Notes under the pieces: generated by a model
Seen by the model: the letters and a program-made list of their open reading frames with translations, nothing else
The model's database searches: none
What the model was told of the DNA's origin: nothing
In this document: positions 14,801 through 29,029 of the stretch, in pieces
How the letters are laid out: each line of letters begins with the position of its first letter
Position numbering within the stretch: the first letter of the stretch is position 1
NCBI RefSeq assembly: GCF_023055435.1
Contig: NW_025964001.1
Location: forward strand, 45,074,001-45,138,000
Length of the DNA stretch: 64,000 nt
Origin: Haliotis rufescens
Taxonomy: Eukaryota
Direction of reading: 5' to 3'
Position numbers and translations under genes: made by a program

Positions 14801-17800
14801 CATTGATGTAGCCAACTCACCTAAACTCATGTATAATGTCATGTGCAGTCACAATATATGCGTATAAGATCAGGTGTAGAAATATATTTCTCTAAACAAA
14901 CAACGGTGTTGGAAAACAAAGGTTCTATACATTCTGTTTCGCCAGTTCTCTGACCTTGTCAAGATAAAGCAATTTTGAGGTGTGGCGAGGAAAAGCGTTT
15001 GGGTAAAGGCGAGGGGATTGGGCGGGGGACACGGAGATTTATACACAAGGGAAACGACAGACGCTAGGAACTATTTTTCCTCGAGTAGGAACAAAGCTAA
15101 TGAGATAGGTTACACGATAAGTTGAAAAGTCGAGGCAAGTATGTGATTAATACGCGCCGAGATTGCGCAAGTTACAAGCACACAGAGGTACCCTGTATTA
15201 GCTTACCTTTCTAGTAATTATGCTTATCGTTTTTTTTCGTTACAGTGGGTGGCAGTTCGCGACACATTTTGTCCGATATTATATAGAGTAGATAAACTGC
15301 AAAACACAAAAGATCACATATCATTCACTGAACGAAAGACCATGTGATTTAATGCAAAGATAAACATGGGTAAACATGTTGGAGTATGCAATTACGTGTT
15401 TACGCCTTTATTGGCTCAACATTAACAATGGGTCTAAGACCATTTACGACATTCCCAGACCACTGTTTTCATTCCCAAGAGAGCGCCGATCGGCTGGAAC
15501 TGTTTAATCGGCTAGAGTGCACGTCATTTCTAGTTGTGTAACCAAGTACAGGTTGGTATATGCGGGCTTAAATTTCACAAGATTACCCCCCTTTATAATG
15601 TTTGAAGTTTGAATTATCAGATGCATATCAGTGCGCATTGTGCACTTTACGTTATTATTTGAAATGTCTGATAGGATAAACAACGCGTTATTCAAACGCT
15701 CCCAAATAATTATTAAAGTGTCCCTAACTTGTGAGTATGTATAAATAAGCACCCGAAGGTGATGTAAGAAGCTGTGCGCTTTAATTAATTTGGTTGTACT
15801 ATTATTTTTAAGGTTATTGTTTGTAAATTCAAAAAGTTATAAATTGTACTGTTATGTGACCATCACTAAGAAATAAAAAAAAGTTGTTGTGACACAAAAG
15901 GAAAGATATATTAATTTCTATTTTGACACGTGAGAAGCAGTAAGTTCCGTTTTAATTAGGTGAATGCGTGTCTGATTGTGACAATAGAATACTGTGGAAG
16001 ACATGGAAAATATCTCTTTCTTGTCTAGTGGCTTGTCATAGAGAATGATTTACCTGTAATCTAGAGTAAAGTAATTAGCGACACTGATAGATTTAGCATA
16101 TATCGGGGGAAAATGGAGATAAGTGTGTTATTTAGTCCGAACACACAGCACCAGCCCCATCACACCAAAACCACACTACTCTGCGACCCCAACGCCCTGC
16201 CGTCCTGCCACCCACCCACATACTCAAGCTGTTTACAATTTAAGAAACCATTTTAATATATGCAGTTGGTTGTTCCAGGTAATCTAATCCCCACAGGTAA
16301 ATACGGGAAATAAAAGTACACACCTTAACCTCCACACCCACACACACCCAAACCCGCCACACCCAAAACAGCTCTCCTACCACCGCCCTTTTATTCGTTT
16401 CGTTAAAAAACGTATGAATCAAAGCTGTTTTCGACATTTCAGATTTTTATCAATCGATCTGTACAGCACGTAACACTTGCATCATTTACTGTATGTAAAT
16501 ATGATTTAACATTGATTTGATTTAACATTGCTTTTGCCATCAAGGGCCTTAACCATAAATACCCAGAAATAATAAACACTTTATTTACTCTCGCATATAA
16601 GGTGACAATGGTGACGCGACACATTGTAACCGGATGGATGAAGACGCAACACACCCAGTTAATACCCGTCATACGGCTCTTCTCATATGCAGCGTTATTA
16701 AAGTCTACCCGACACGTAATCACCAGTAACCCACATATGATACGTCACTAGTTTCTATAGGGAGACACGGGTTATGGCTGACGGGGTGACGATAAGGCAT
16801 AATTTGGTTACTCAATTGCGGAATATAAAAATTAACAGCAATTAGATAACTAGGAATAAATGATACGTCTTTCATCACGATCACAGGTAATTTATCACGC
16901 CAGCTTTTCATCTTTGTAAGTAAAACTTTTTGTTACGCTTGAGAGAAGCCCAGCGTGGTTGTAAACACAGTTGCATATTTCAGTGGTGTAACCTATAGTC
17001 CTTAACGGTTACGCTGATGCGGCGCAATTTCCATCAGGTTGTATGGCCGGCTCTTCTTCATGGGGGGACGTCGCGTCTAGGGGAATATCGGTAAAACTTT
17101 ACCCGGGCATCGCGTCGCCAGCCCACGGGTTTTTGACAAAGCACCGGTAATGGCCGTGAAACGCGATAGGAGAGAATTATTCGTAAGATCCACACAAATT
17201 GTTTCTATTATAACGACCAACAATAGCCGCATTGAAATGTGTCGAGGAACTATTTGTGTTTAGCGGAGGTTTGGGCTTTTCACTACGTTGTGACATCCGG
17301 GGGACTGATGAAGCTACCCCTTATTAAAGATGCTTTTTCCTCCCCAATTCGTTATGCTCCGCTTCCGGCAAGTGGCAATGGCAACCTGTTCGGCTGAACC
17401 GCGTTGCTCGCTCAAAGCCCTGAAATCACACACTGAATATGGTGTGGAGTCAGTCAGCTACGCTTTCATGAAAGAAAATAATGGCTGGCGACCGCGGCAG
17501 ACGACAATCCCGCTGCGCGCGCGACGCGCCATTACATATATGTTCAGCCTACCCCGATGTAGGCAGCAGGGTCTAACTCTGTAATTTAGGAATCTATAAT
17601 TAATTTCTAGTATGGGATGGTTACTTAAACCATCTTCAACTGAAATTCGCCGCCGGTTTCGATGAAAGTTTCAGATATGCTAAATTCGCCGCTGGCTAAA
17701 AAGTAAAATTACCTTCTCCAAGTGTGATGATAGTTAAGTGCCCTAGTGGACTAAGACATGAGTGCAAAAGAATCCCCATTGTTACCCAACGTCCAAATGG

Positions 17801-20798
17801 CGCGCATTGGGTGCCCAAGGCGATTTAATCTTTCCCCGCAATCTCTAAAAATGTGACCATTTTAATACGAAATCGAGTTGGGTAATTTCGATCTCCTTTA
17901 AGTTTGTGATCCCAGTTTTAATGTTTCCCTCGCCTGCTTGAGCTAAGGGGTTTTAATCCCTTTATCGCCCTGATACGTTCTTATTATTGCTTAAGTGTTA
18001 TGTCAAAAGAAATATGCGAGAAAACAGACAATGATTGACAGGTTATTTAATGTAATTATTGATTGATTGCAATCAACACTTCATAATTTATGAGCAAGAA
18101 CTTCGCAAGCGGAGATTACACATTGTGCATTAGGGGGCGACAAAGACCATTGTACCGGCATCTTCGCCACCCATCCCTACACGTTTCCTTCCTTGTTACC
18201 GAAATCCAGGCATCGTGATATCAAGAAATCTACAGAAGAGTTTAGGCTAGAGAAGATGTTCTCAGCCTCATCCGCAAGGCCAGGCAAACTATTATATAAT
18301 GTGCACCACCTTGTGATGTACAATTCGCCGAAACAACAATTCTCCAAATCGTTTAATATATAGAGACAAAACATACTTCGTTGTTGTGTTATTTGTACCT
18401 ATGGTATGAGACTAGATATGCCCTTTTATTTTAGAGACAATTATATTTCAACTGACATTTCACATTCAAAAGACATAAAGGGCAGATTTGCCCATCGAAA
18501 CACTGAGTTATCAGCTTGATATTGATTACTAATAAACACAAAATCAACATCTGTTGTTTCGTGATGGACATAGTAACGCCAATAACAACAGAAAGACGAT
18601 AACGTTTATATATACTGTCGTCCTAAGGATATTGCAAACCTAGACTTACACACAGTCTCCACGTGTAAATATAAACATACACAATGGTTTGTTTCAAAGC
18701 CATACCTTATGCAGTTACTTGGACACAAGGTGCAAGATCAAGTTTCGGATATTCCTTCTTAATTAGCGCATATTTGTCATTTTTCTCTTAATCTTGTCTG
18801 TGATGAAGGTGTCAAAATGCCATGTTTGACCCGAGATGACACTCGAAGTGAACTGTTCCGGATTTAAACCCGAGCCAGCAGTGGTCAGTTACGGGTTAAG
18901 ACTATCATCTGTCCCTTTGTCCTAAACTTCCAACCAATTTCACACCCGAGTTCCGAATCGGTCGAGACACGTGACCACATACGGGCATTAGCTGCCTTGT
19001 CACTCTGCTCATCATGATGTCAATTGCATGTCCATCACACCATGAATCTCACGTGCAGTTTGTGCCACCAGTGTCAATATCATCGAAGTCTTATACGGGG
19101 AATGTAAATGCCAAATATACGGGCACGACTGACAGGCAGTCTTTTATGAATGATTATGTTCATTGTCTTTTAATAAATTTCGGAAAGGAATATAATAATT
19201 AGCACGTGCTTGATACGTTTGATGTCGGTACTCATTCCCAGAATTGATAACTTAATATGATAATATTCGCAATAATGGGGATAGGGGTACATGTCGTGAA
19301 ACTTCTGTTTACAGTTAAAGGGGCATTAGGCTCTGGTTAAATGACATCCCAAACAAGTTTGATCTAACCCTCCAAAAGTGACTTTGTTCACCTGTTAATT
19401 CAGATTGTACTTTGTATGTCAATCTCACAGTAAATTATATCCCCTATTTCACAAAGACAATGTGTCAATAACATGAAATAATTATACCATCGTCACCTTG
19501 CCTTGAAATGGATTTAAGCTCTATAAAGTTTTGACTACAGCAAATTGGAAACGTATTTCGCTTATAAAACATATTTTATATAGTTGTACACGCATGAAAC
19601 AATTATCAAAGCTTTCGTTTTTTCTATCATTGGGTTAACTGAAATATATTTCGTTGTGCTTAAAGTTCACTTTCTTATTATTGTTTTTGATTTAAACAAG
19701 TCAGGAATGGTTTTACGTTCTGGCTCTTTTCGAAACAGAAAGAAAATGTTTCGGCAAATTGACACGTGATCAGTTGTTGTTTCGATAGGTGTTCAAACCA
19801 TTTTACAAATTCCCACATCCCGACATAGAATGTGTGTAGGGACGGACATTCATCGCCAGCTTGATCATGACGTCTATAAAATGCCCGCCTATCGTCAATT
19901 TCAGTATGTACTTATCATGTTAATTTCAAGTAATCGAACGCCCTTCTCGACACCTTATATCGGTGTAAATTTCACAGCCGTGTTTGTCTTTACAATCAGA
20001 AATATGATTATTGGGTGTGTTGACCAGACTATCGTCTCCCCCGGCGATTAACCTTATTTGTTCACGAGTTTTACAATACCCTTGCTGTTAATGTCATAAT
20101 ACTAGTGTTACAGCATGATATCGAATGTTAATATTGGCCACGTACTTACGGACTGACGGTAACTTGAGCGAAGGACAGGTTAAACTGTCCTATTCAGACT
20201 AGATACCCCGACGGACGTTGAACAAAGCCAGCAATTAACTTCGCCATTAAGCCGGCCATATACACACACGATAAAGACCACCTCTAGAGAAAGAATTCGT
20301 AAGACATTCGGAAGATTTGTTGGGCGGCGCTTGGTAAATATAAGTATCGTCGGGAAACATATAAGCCTGGATAGACCGAATTCCTTAAGACCCTGGCCAG
20401 AACTTGGAACGACCCAGGGTCGGTCATAACAATCAGGGGTTACGATGGAGATTGAGTGTAGTCACAGTAAGCGCGGGACTAGTATGCAGTAGGAAATGCA
20501 CCCAGCTACCTTGCTTTCTGTCCGACCACCTGTTCCGCCACTCTGCAACTGCTGGGGAGATTGAAGGGCCGGGTATTGGGGAACACAGTGCATTATGGCA
20601 TCTGTCATTTGGTAAATTGCGATGATGCATCTTCTCGGGGGATGAGTTGAGAGATGGATGAGCGACTTTGTCGACGGTGACAAGGGAGGAGATAATGAGT
20701 TCAGATGTAGATATGTAGATAGCATCACAGCAGCACATGTTCCGGGAGCGGGGAGGACGTGCCACATTGTTGCTGTGTAATGTATGGCTAACTGAACC

Positions 20799-21145
20799 AA
20801 GAATGTTCACTCTCTACTTTGCCGTCGAGTTATAACAAGAATGTTCACTCTCTACTTTGCCGTCGAGTTATAACAAGAATGTTCACTCTCTACTTTGCCG
20901 TCGAGCTATAACAAGAATGTTCACTCTCTACTTTGCCGTCGAGCTATAACAAGAATGTTCACTCTCTACTTTGCCGTCGAGCTATAACAAGAATGTTCAC
21001 TCTCTACTTTGCCGTCGAGCTATAACAAGAATGTTCACTCTCTACTTTGCCGTCGAGCTATAACAAGAATGTTCACTCTCTACTTTGCCGTCGAGCTATA
21101 ACAAGAATGTTCACTCTCTACTTTGCCGTCGAGCTATAACAAGAA
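20799..21145. repeat. 38-bp minisatellite, 9 near-perfect copies
   Basis: Unit AAGAATGTTCACTCTCTACTTTGCCGTCGAGYTATAAC. Copies 1-2 have T and copies 3-9 have C at the Y position. No spacers between units. Confidence 0.97.
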
Positions 21146-21276
21146 ACTTCGTTATGTACTTTTATGTCCCAAATACATCGTCTAGCTTAAACCAGGAAGT
21201 TGTATTTAAACCAGAAAGTTTTCTTATGCTTTTTAACCAACAACAGTGCTAAAACAAGAGAGCTGTTGTTCCCAGC

Positions 21277-21358
21277 CGCGGCGTAAAACCCCATTCACTC
21301 ACTCAACCAGAAGCTCACTCACCCACAAGCCAGCTCACTCGCTCACTCATTCACTCAC
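21277..21358 (+). mobile_element. 3' tail fragment of family A SINE with decayed (ACTC)n
   Basis: GCGGCGTAAAACCCCATTCACTCACTCA matches the 3' end of the full copies at 41160 and 53790. Confidence 0.6.
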
Positions 21359-23234
21359 ACACATTTGTGAACTTTACTTCTCCCAACTTCAGTGTCGTAC
21401 TTAATTGACATACATACTCCCTTAAGTCACGCAAGTAATATTACAACGTCCTTTAATCTCTCTTCTGCTCGGCCAGTACAGTAACGTAAGTACTGATACA
21501 TCAACTTCCGTCTTTCTTTTTTCTGAATATAATGTTGTGTTAAAATAATGCAATGGTATATAATTAAATTCAGCGCGGTACTAAAACAAAGTACTTCCCC
21601 TTTTCTGCGTAAAACAGGGACGTAATAAATAAACACTTGATGCCATCTTATACGCATAATTACCCAAGTCAGTCTCGTTATAACGAGAGCACCATACAGA
21701 ACGCTCGGCGTATTTTCGAAAGAGCCTACGTGTATTTCGTTCTCCACTATAGAACTGTGAAAAAAATAATTTATAGGCATTTCGGTTGGCACAACGCTCA
21801 AAGACAGTTCAGGTGCTTTTATATGTATGCTTGTCGAGCGTTCGGCAACTGCCTGTTTTATTTCATAGCCCTCGAGTTCATAAAATGACGACTGGAGGTT
21901 TATGTTCATTTCTGTCCTAATAAAACCTTCCTGCATGTGTTGAACGCGAAATGGCCCTGGCTTTGTCTCGCTGGGCAGAAAACTCTTATAAATTCTCAAT
22001 GTGTTACAAACTGTTAACTCTGTTTGTACAAGCGGGAGTTATCCGTACCATAGCTTCTTCCAGTGGCACTTTAACTGTGTTATTTGAGCTTCGATTGCAC
22101 ACCTTGAAGAAACGATGTCTGTGCGTAATAAAAACAAAGTCTTACTAACAAATAATGTGGTGTTGAAATATTAACTATCAGCATTGCAATAGACGCCATG
22201 GCATCTGTCAAAATAGCATCCCGGTTTCACAACTGGTCAGTGATGTGGATAAGAGTTTCAGGTGTAAATGTGCTCTAATTGCTTGCGTCATGTGATCTAT
22301 ATGACGTGTGAGTCACGTGACTGACAGTTATATACACCTCCAGTGGGAAATGCACATGGAATTCCAACTGCGGCCAATTAAGAACTAAAGTTCCAAACAG
22401 GGACTGTCCTTGCGTGTATACTCAACTGTAGGTCATTCAAACTGTTTTGTATACTTAATCATGCCGACCCTGAAATATGAATTCATTTTAATTATAGCGA
22501 ATACAACAGACTTGTACTCTTGCGTATACAAGTGACAACAAATCACGTTCATGAAATAGACATCCAAAATAGCCGCATTACTGTAAATAGCCTCGTGACT
22601 GTGACATAGTCAAGGTGAATAGGTAATTCATTTAGAGCCGGCTGTGGGTATGGATGGGGTGGGTACACGTGGGTTGATGGTGGTGGAAATAAGGGAAGAG
22701 TGACCCAAATATGATAGATTAATATTGCAAAAAAGCAATTGTTGAAATATTATTAATGGTAAGATAATGAAAACAAGAGAAAATGGATACTTCTTCTGTT
22801 TCGTTTCCAGAAAACCTTTTTTTCACTCAGTAGAGCTCTCATTGATATCGTTTGAAATACAGAATATATAAAATGAATAAAACATCCTAAATTTGTTGCA
22901 TTTCGTTTTAGGTCGTGGCAGCTCTTATATGTAATTATTTAGAACACCTTTGTTGTCATTACACGCAGGTGAATTTGTATCACGTCGCCACACTGATGTA
23001 AAGCTAATAGACTATCATTATAGCAGATCATTCTCTGAACGTGCAAAACATTTTTATGATACACTAACATCCTAACAATAAAGCGCGCGTTATTAATCAT
23101 ATATTATTAAACGTGACCAGACCATCAAAATAATTTTTATCTCATTTTAATTCGGCGTTATCGCTGACAGCAAACTAATGTGTATTCCTATGGTTTATCA
23201 TGCTCAGTCTGTCTCTTCACGTACACACACGTAT

Positions 23235-23236
<2 letters not shown>

Positions 23237-23274
<38 letters not shown>

Positions 23275-23277
23275 ACA
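23237..23277. repeat. (AC)n microsatellite
   Basis: Uninterrupted AC run 23237-23269 plus a short imperfect extension. Confidence 0.97.
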
Positions 23278-25371
23278 TTCTACATTTAGATTCAGAAACG
23301 TAGATAAACAAAAACTAACATATCCAAGACTGGCATCAATTAACAATTTGATTTATGGGGATATAAGTACCACCATGACAAATGTCGATTGTTTTACCTT
23401 TGACTTGACAAGTCTCAAGTTCTCGGTGTCCATTTGATAGCTACACGAAGATATCTCATCATGTGAATAATTGATATAAGCTGTTTACAACTTAAAGTCG
23501 TTTAAAAAAGTTATGATTAATGTGTTTAGGTGGAGGTGGTTTAATTTTACGTTGACGCAAGATAAAATGAAAATCCCATTAGGACAAATATGTAGAAGCG
23601 ATAATGTTGAAACCTTCTTCCGAGATGTAAAATAAGAAATACTACAAATGGAGAATCCCAAAATTTATTTGATAAATTATAAAATCAAAAGCTCTTATTT
23701 GTGACTTTGCTCTAAATATGAAATGTTTATTTATTAGGTTCACATTCGTGAAAAGAGAAGAGAAGGAACCCCGCGCTGTTAGGTGGACTAAGAAAGAGGT
23801 TTATCATCTTGTCAATCTGCGGGGGGAATCCCAAAAGAATAATAAATATAGGCCGTCCCCTTATCTATAATTACGACATGGTACATCGATGTATGTTCGA
23901 GCATCGCATCATCGGCTGGTGATTGAATTGCATAAAGACATCACTAAGGAATTAGCAAAACGTTTGTTCGCTCTCCTCTGAAAGCGCTTTATCTATTTGC
24001 GGAGACCAAAGATGTTAGGCGACGGGGGGATTATACCACTGGTCTGACAAAAGAACAGTCGAAGGCTTTAGGCTGTAGACAGTTGCTTACTAGCTCAAAG
24101 GAGTAATTCATATAACCCCAGGCACAATGCACATCTGATAAAGAGATAACGTTGAAAAGTCACAAAGTTACAGGCGTGTTCAATAACATGTTTATTTCTT
24201 ACGACCTTGTTACGACATACTTTCATGGTTCGTAGAACATGAAACGAGTGCCTAGTGGCCAAAGTACTTTACCATTATACTTGACCATTGGGCGAAAGCG
24301 TAATTCGTTTGAACAAGAGTCGAGCCAAAGGGTCACGTGAATGCTTAAAAGTGAATTGCCCTTAACTCCCCGGTGAGTACATTTGGACATGATAAACACA
24401 ATCACACCTAGAAAATTCATTAATTATCTAGAATTACAATGTAAACGTTATAATTAGACAGGCCATGTTTCCGATTTCTTGGCTGAAAACAATTTTGAAA
24501 GAATTGTCCATTTCGGCCACAGGTGCAAAGGATCAAAGGAGCCGATGACAGGTTGCTTCCTTCTTCATTAAGTGTGGTGTACAGGTACCTTGTCAATTAC
24601 ACCTGACGTCACAATGTGATTGACGTATCGAGTCCCATATCACTTGTATTACAGGCATAGCGGTAGGTTCAGCCCGATACTATCGGCTGTTGACAGACAG
24701 AGACCTTGTTGATTGCAGAGACAATTGCAACTTGGTCATTATGCGGCCAATACGATTGTGATAAGGAGATTGGGGGATGCTGCAATGACATGATGCAAAT
24801 TTCACTATCAGGGTGATTAGGGATTGACGAGTGATTGGATATTATGAATATTCCATTGACAGGTACTGACATGCTATTACTAATTGGAAAAGCGATCCGC
24901 TCCTCGCTTGTGAATTTCATTGTCTTTCAATATTGAAATGTGACAAGCGGTTTTGGTTTGTCTCGGTGAATCAATAAAAGCGAGTAGAACCACCTCAGGT
25001 GTATAATTCGATTTTATTTTTATAAGGAGTTTAGTTTTACCATGGCAAAGTTAACATAAAGACACAAATGAATTTTAATTTCAGGAGCTAAGTACGTCGA
25101 ATGATGGACACTTCTCCGAAGGCATATCAAATTAAACTTGAACTTAAATAATTATTTCGTCATTGACCTTTTTGGTCATTGGCTATTTTATCAAATGTTC
25201 ATCAAGCGTAGTGGTGTTTTCATCCAAACTTAAGCTCAAATTGTAAGACAAATTTAGTGACTGTGACCTGTTTCGGATAACTGCAACGGAGCAATAAATG
25301 CCAATGAAGAGAGTACACACAAATACTAATTCAGTGTATTTACGTTGAATCACGAGATGAATCCCCCACCG

Positions 25372-28300
25372 CATGGATACACAGATACCATTGCAGTCTC
25401 CCATACACCACATGGATACACAGACACCATTGCAGTCTCCCATACACCACATGGACACACATATACCATAGCAGTCTCCCATACCCCATATGGACACACA
25501 GACACCATTGCAGTCTCCCATACACCACATGGATACACAGACACCATTGCAGTCTCCCATACACTACATGGACACACAGACACCATTGCAGTCTCCCATA
25601 CACCACATGGATACACAGACACCATTGCAGTCTCCCATACACCACATGGACACACATATACCATAGCAGTCTCCCATACCCCATATGGACACACAGACAC
25701 CATTGCAGTCTCCCATACACCACATGGATACACAGACACCATTGCAGTCTCCCATACACTACATGGACACACAGACACCATTGCAGTCTCCCATACACCA
25801 CATGGATACACAGACACCATTGCAGTCTCCCATACACCACATGGACACACATATACCATAGCAGTCTCCCATACCCCATATGGACACACAGACACCATTG
25901 CAGTCTCCCATACACCACATGGATACACAGACACCATTGCAGTCTCCCATACACTACATGGACACACAGACACCATTGCAGTCTCCCATACACCACATGG
26001 ATACACAGACACCATTGCAGTCTCCCATACACCACATGGACACACATATACCATAGCAGTCTCCCATACACCACATGGCCACACAGACACCATTGCAGTC
26101 ACCCATACACCACATGGACACACAGACACCATTGCAGTCTCCCATACACCACATGGACACACAGACACCATTGCAGTCTCCCATACACCACATGGACACA
26201 CAGATACCATTGCAGTCTCCCATACACTACATGGACACACAGACACCATTGCAGTCTCCCATACACCACATGGACACACAGACACCATTGCAGTCTCCCA
26301 TACACCACATGGACACACATATACCATTGCAGTCTCCCATACACCACATGGACACACAGACACCATTGCAGTCTCCCATACACCACATGGATACACAGAC
26401 ACCATTGCAGTCTCCCATACACCACATGGACACACAGACACCATTGCAGTCTCCCATACACCACATGGACACACAGACACCATTGCAGTCTCCCATACAC
26501 CACATGGATACACAGACACCATTGCAGTCTCCCATACACCACATGGATACACAGACACCACATGGATACACAGACACCATTGCAGTCTCCCATACACCAC
26601 ATGGATACACATACACCACATGGATACACAGACACCATTGCAGTCTCCCATACACCACATGGATACACAGACACCATTGCAGTCTCCCATACACTACATG
26701 GACACACAGACACCATTGCAGTCTCCCATACACCACATGGATACACAGACACCATTGCAGTCTCCCATACACCACATGGACACACATATACCATAGCAGT
26801 CTCCCATACCCCATATGGACACACAGACACCATTGCAGTCTCCCATACACCACATGGACACACATATACCATAGCAGTCTCCCATACCCCATATGGACAC
26901 ACAGACACCATTGCAGTCTCCCATACACCACATGGACACACAGACACCATTGCAGTCTCCCATACACCACATGGACACACAGATACCATTGCAGTCTCCC
27001 ATACACTACATGGACACACAGACACCATTGCAGTCTCCCATACACCACATGGACACACATATACCATAGCAGTCTCCCATACACTACATGGACACACAGA
27101 CACCATTGCAGTCTCCCATACACCACATGGATACACAGACACCATTGCAGTCTCCCATACACCACATGGATACACAGACACCATTGCAGTCTCCCATACA
27201 CCACATGGATACACATACACCATTGCAGTCTCCCATACACCACATGGATACACAGATACCATAGCAGTCTCCCATACCCCATATGGACACACAGACACCA
27301 TTGCAGTCTCCCATACACCACATGGACACACATATACCATAGCAGTCTCCCATACACCACATGGATACACAGACACCATTGCAGTCTCCCATACACCACA
27401 TGGATACACATATACCATAGCAGTCTCCCATACACTACATGGATACACAGATACCATAGCAGTCTCCCATACCCCATATGGACACACAGACACCATTGCA
27501 GTCTCCCATACACCACATGGATACACAGACACCATTGCAGTCTCCCATACACCACATGGATACACAGATACCATAGCAGTCTCCCATACCCCATATGGAC
27601 ACACAGACACCATTGCAGTCTCCCATACACCACATGGACACACAGACACCATTGCAGTCTCCAAAACACTACATGGACACACATATACCATAGCAGTCTC
27701 CCATACCCCATATGGACACACAGACACCATTGCAGTCTCCTAAACACTACATGGACACACATATACCATAGCAGTCTCCCATACACAACATGGATACACA
27801 GACACCATTGCAGTCTCCTATACACCACATGGATACACATATACCATAGCAGTCTCCCATTAACCACATGGATACACAGACACCATTGCAGTCTCCCATA
27901 CACCACATGGATACACAGACACCATTGCAGTCTCCCATACACCACATGGACACACAGACACCATAGCAGTCTCCCATACACCACATGGATACACAGACAC
28001 CATTGCAGTCTCCCATACACCACATGGATACACAGACACCTTTGCAGTCTCCTATACACTACATGGACACACAGACACCATTGCAGTCTCCCATACACCA
28101 CATAGATATACATATACCATTGCAGTCTCCCATACACCATATGGACACACAAACTCCATTGCAGTCTCCATACACCACATAGATATACATATACCATTGC
28201 AGTCTCCCATACACCACATAGATATACATATACCATTGCAGTCTCCCATACACCATATGGACACACAAACTCCATTGCAGTCTCCATACACTACATGGAC

Positions 28301-28960
28301 ACACAGACACCATTGCAGTCTCCCATATACCACATGGATACACAGACACCATGGCAGTCTCCCATACACCACATGGCCACACATGTACCATTGCAGTCTC
28401 CCATACACCACATGGCCACACATGTACCATTGCAGTCTCCCATACACCACATGGCCACACATGTACCATTGCAGTCTCCCATACACCACATGGCCACACA
28501 TGTACCATTGCAGTCTCCCATACACCACATGGCCACACATGTACCATTGCAGTCTCCCATACACCACATGGCCACACATGTACCATTGCAGTCTACCATA
28601 CACCACATGGCCACACATGTACCATTGCAGTCTCCCATACACCACATGGCCACACATGTACCATTGCAGTCTCCCATACACCACATGGCCACACATGTAC
28701 CATTGCAGTCTCCCATACACCACATGGCCACACATGTACCATTGCAGTCTCCCATACACCACATGGCCACACATGTACCATTGCAGTCTCCCATACACCA
28801 CATGGCCACACATGTACCATTGCAGTCTCCCATACACCACATGGCCACACATATACCATTGCAGTCTCCCATACACCACATGGCCACACATGTACCATTG
28901 CAGTCTCCCATACACCACATGGCCACACATGTACCATTGCAGTCTCCCATACACCACATT
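25372..28960. repeat. 39-bp minisatellite (about 92 units) with 195-bp higher-order repeat and a homogenised 3' variant block
   Basis: Unit CATGGA(C/T)ACACAGACACCATTGCAGTCTCCCATACACCA. Variant pattern recurs every 195 bp (25564/25759/25954). From about 28372 the unit is CATGGCCACACATGTACCATTGCAGTCTCCCATACACCA. Confidence 0.98.
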
Positions 28961-28991
28961 GAAAAAGATGCATCATTGCAAGGTATACCTT

Positions 28992-29029
28992 GCTTGACAA
29001 TGGTATAAGGATAAAAACCGAAACGTCGC
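28992..29029 (+). ncRNA. Candidate minimal type I hammerhead ribozyme motif (Penelope-like element style), possibly decayed
   Basis: GC-TTGACAA-T-GGT(ATAAGGATAAAA)ACC-GAAA-CG-TC-GC: core with U3-A8 pair, helix II GGT/ACC, palindromic ACGT in place of helix III, GUC cleavage triplet, 2-bp helix I. Followed by AGTAAA. Confidence 0.5.

Noticed and set aside
16890-16912. Partial resemblances to conserved miRNAs (miR-2-like here, miR-87-like near 22250, miR-10/100-like near 1061)
   Set aside because: Seed or body mismatches, and no precursor hairpin evident.
20799-21145. CRISPR-like 38-bp repeats (also the 31-bp array at 47156)
   Set aside because: Units are head-to-tail without unique spacers, there are no cas genes, and the context is eukaryotic.
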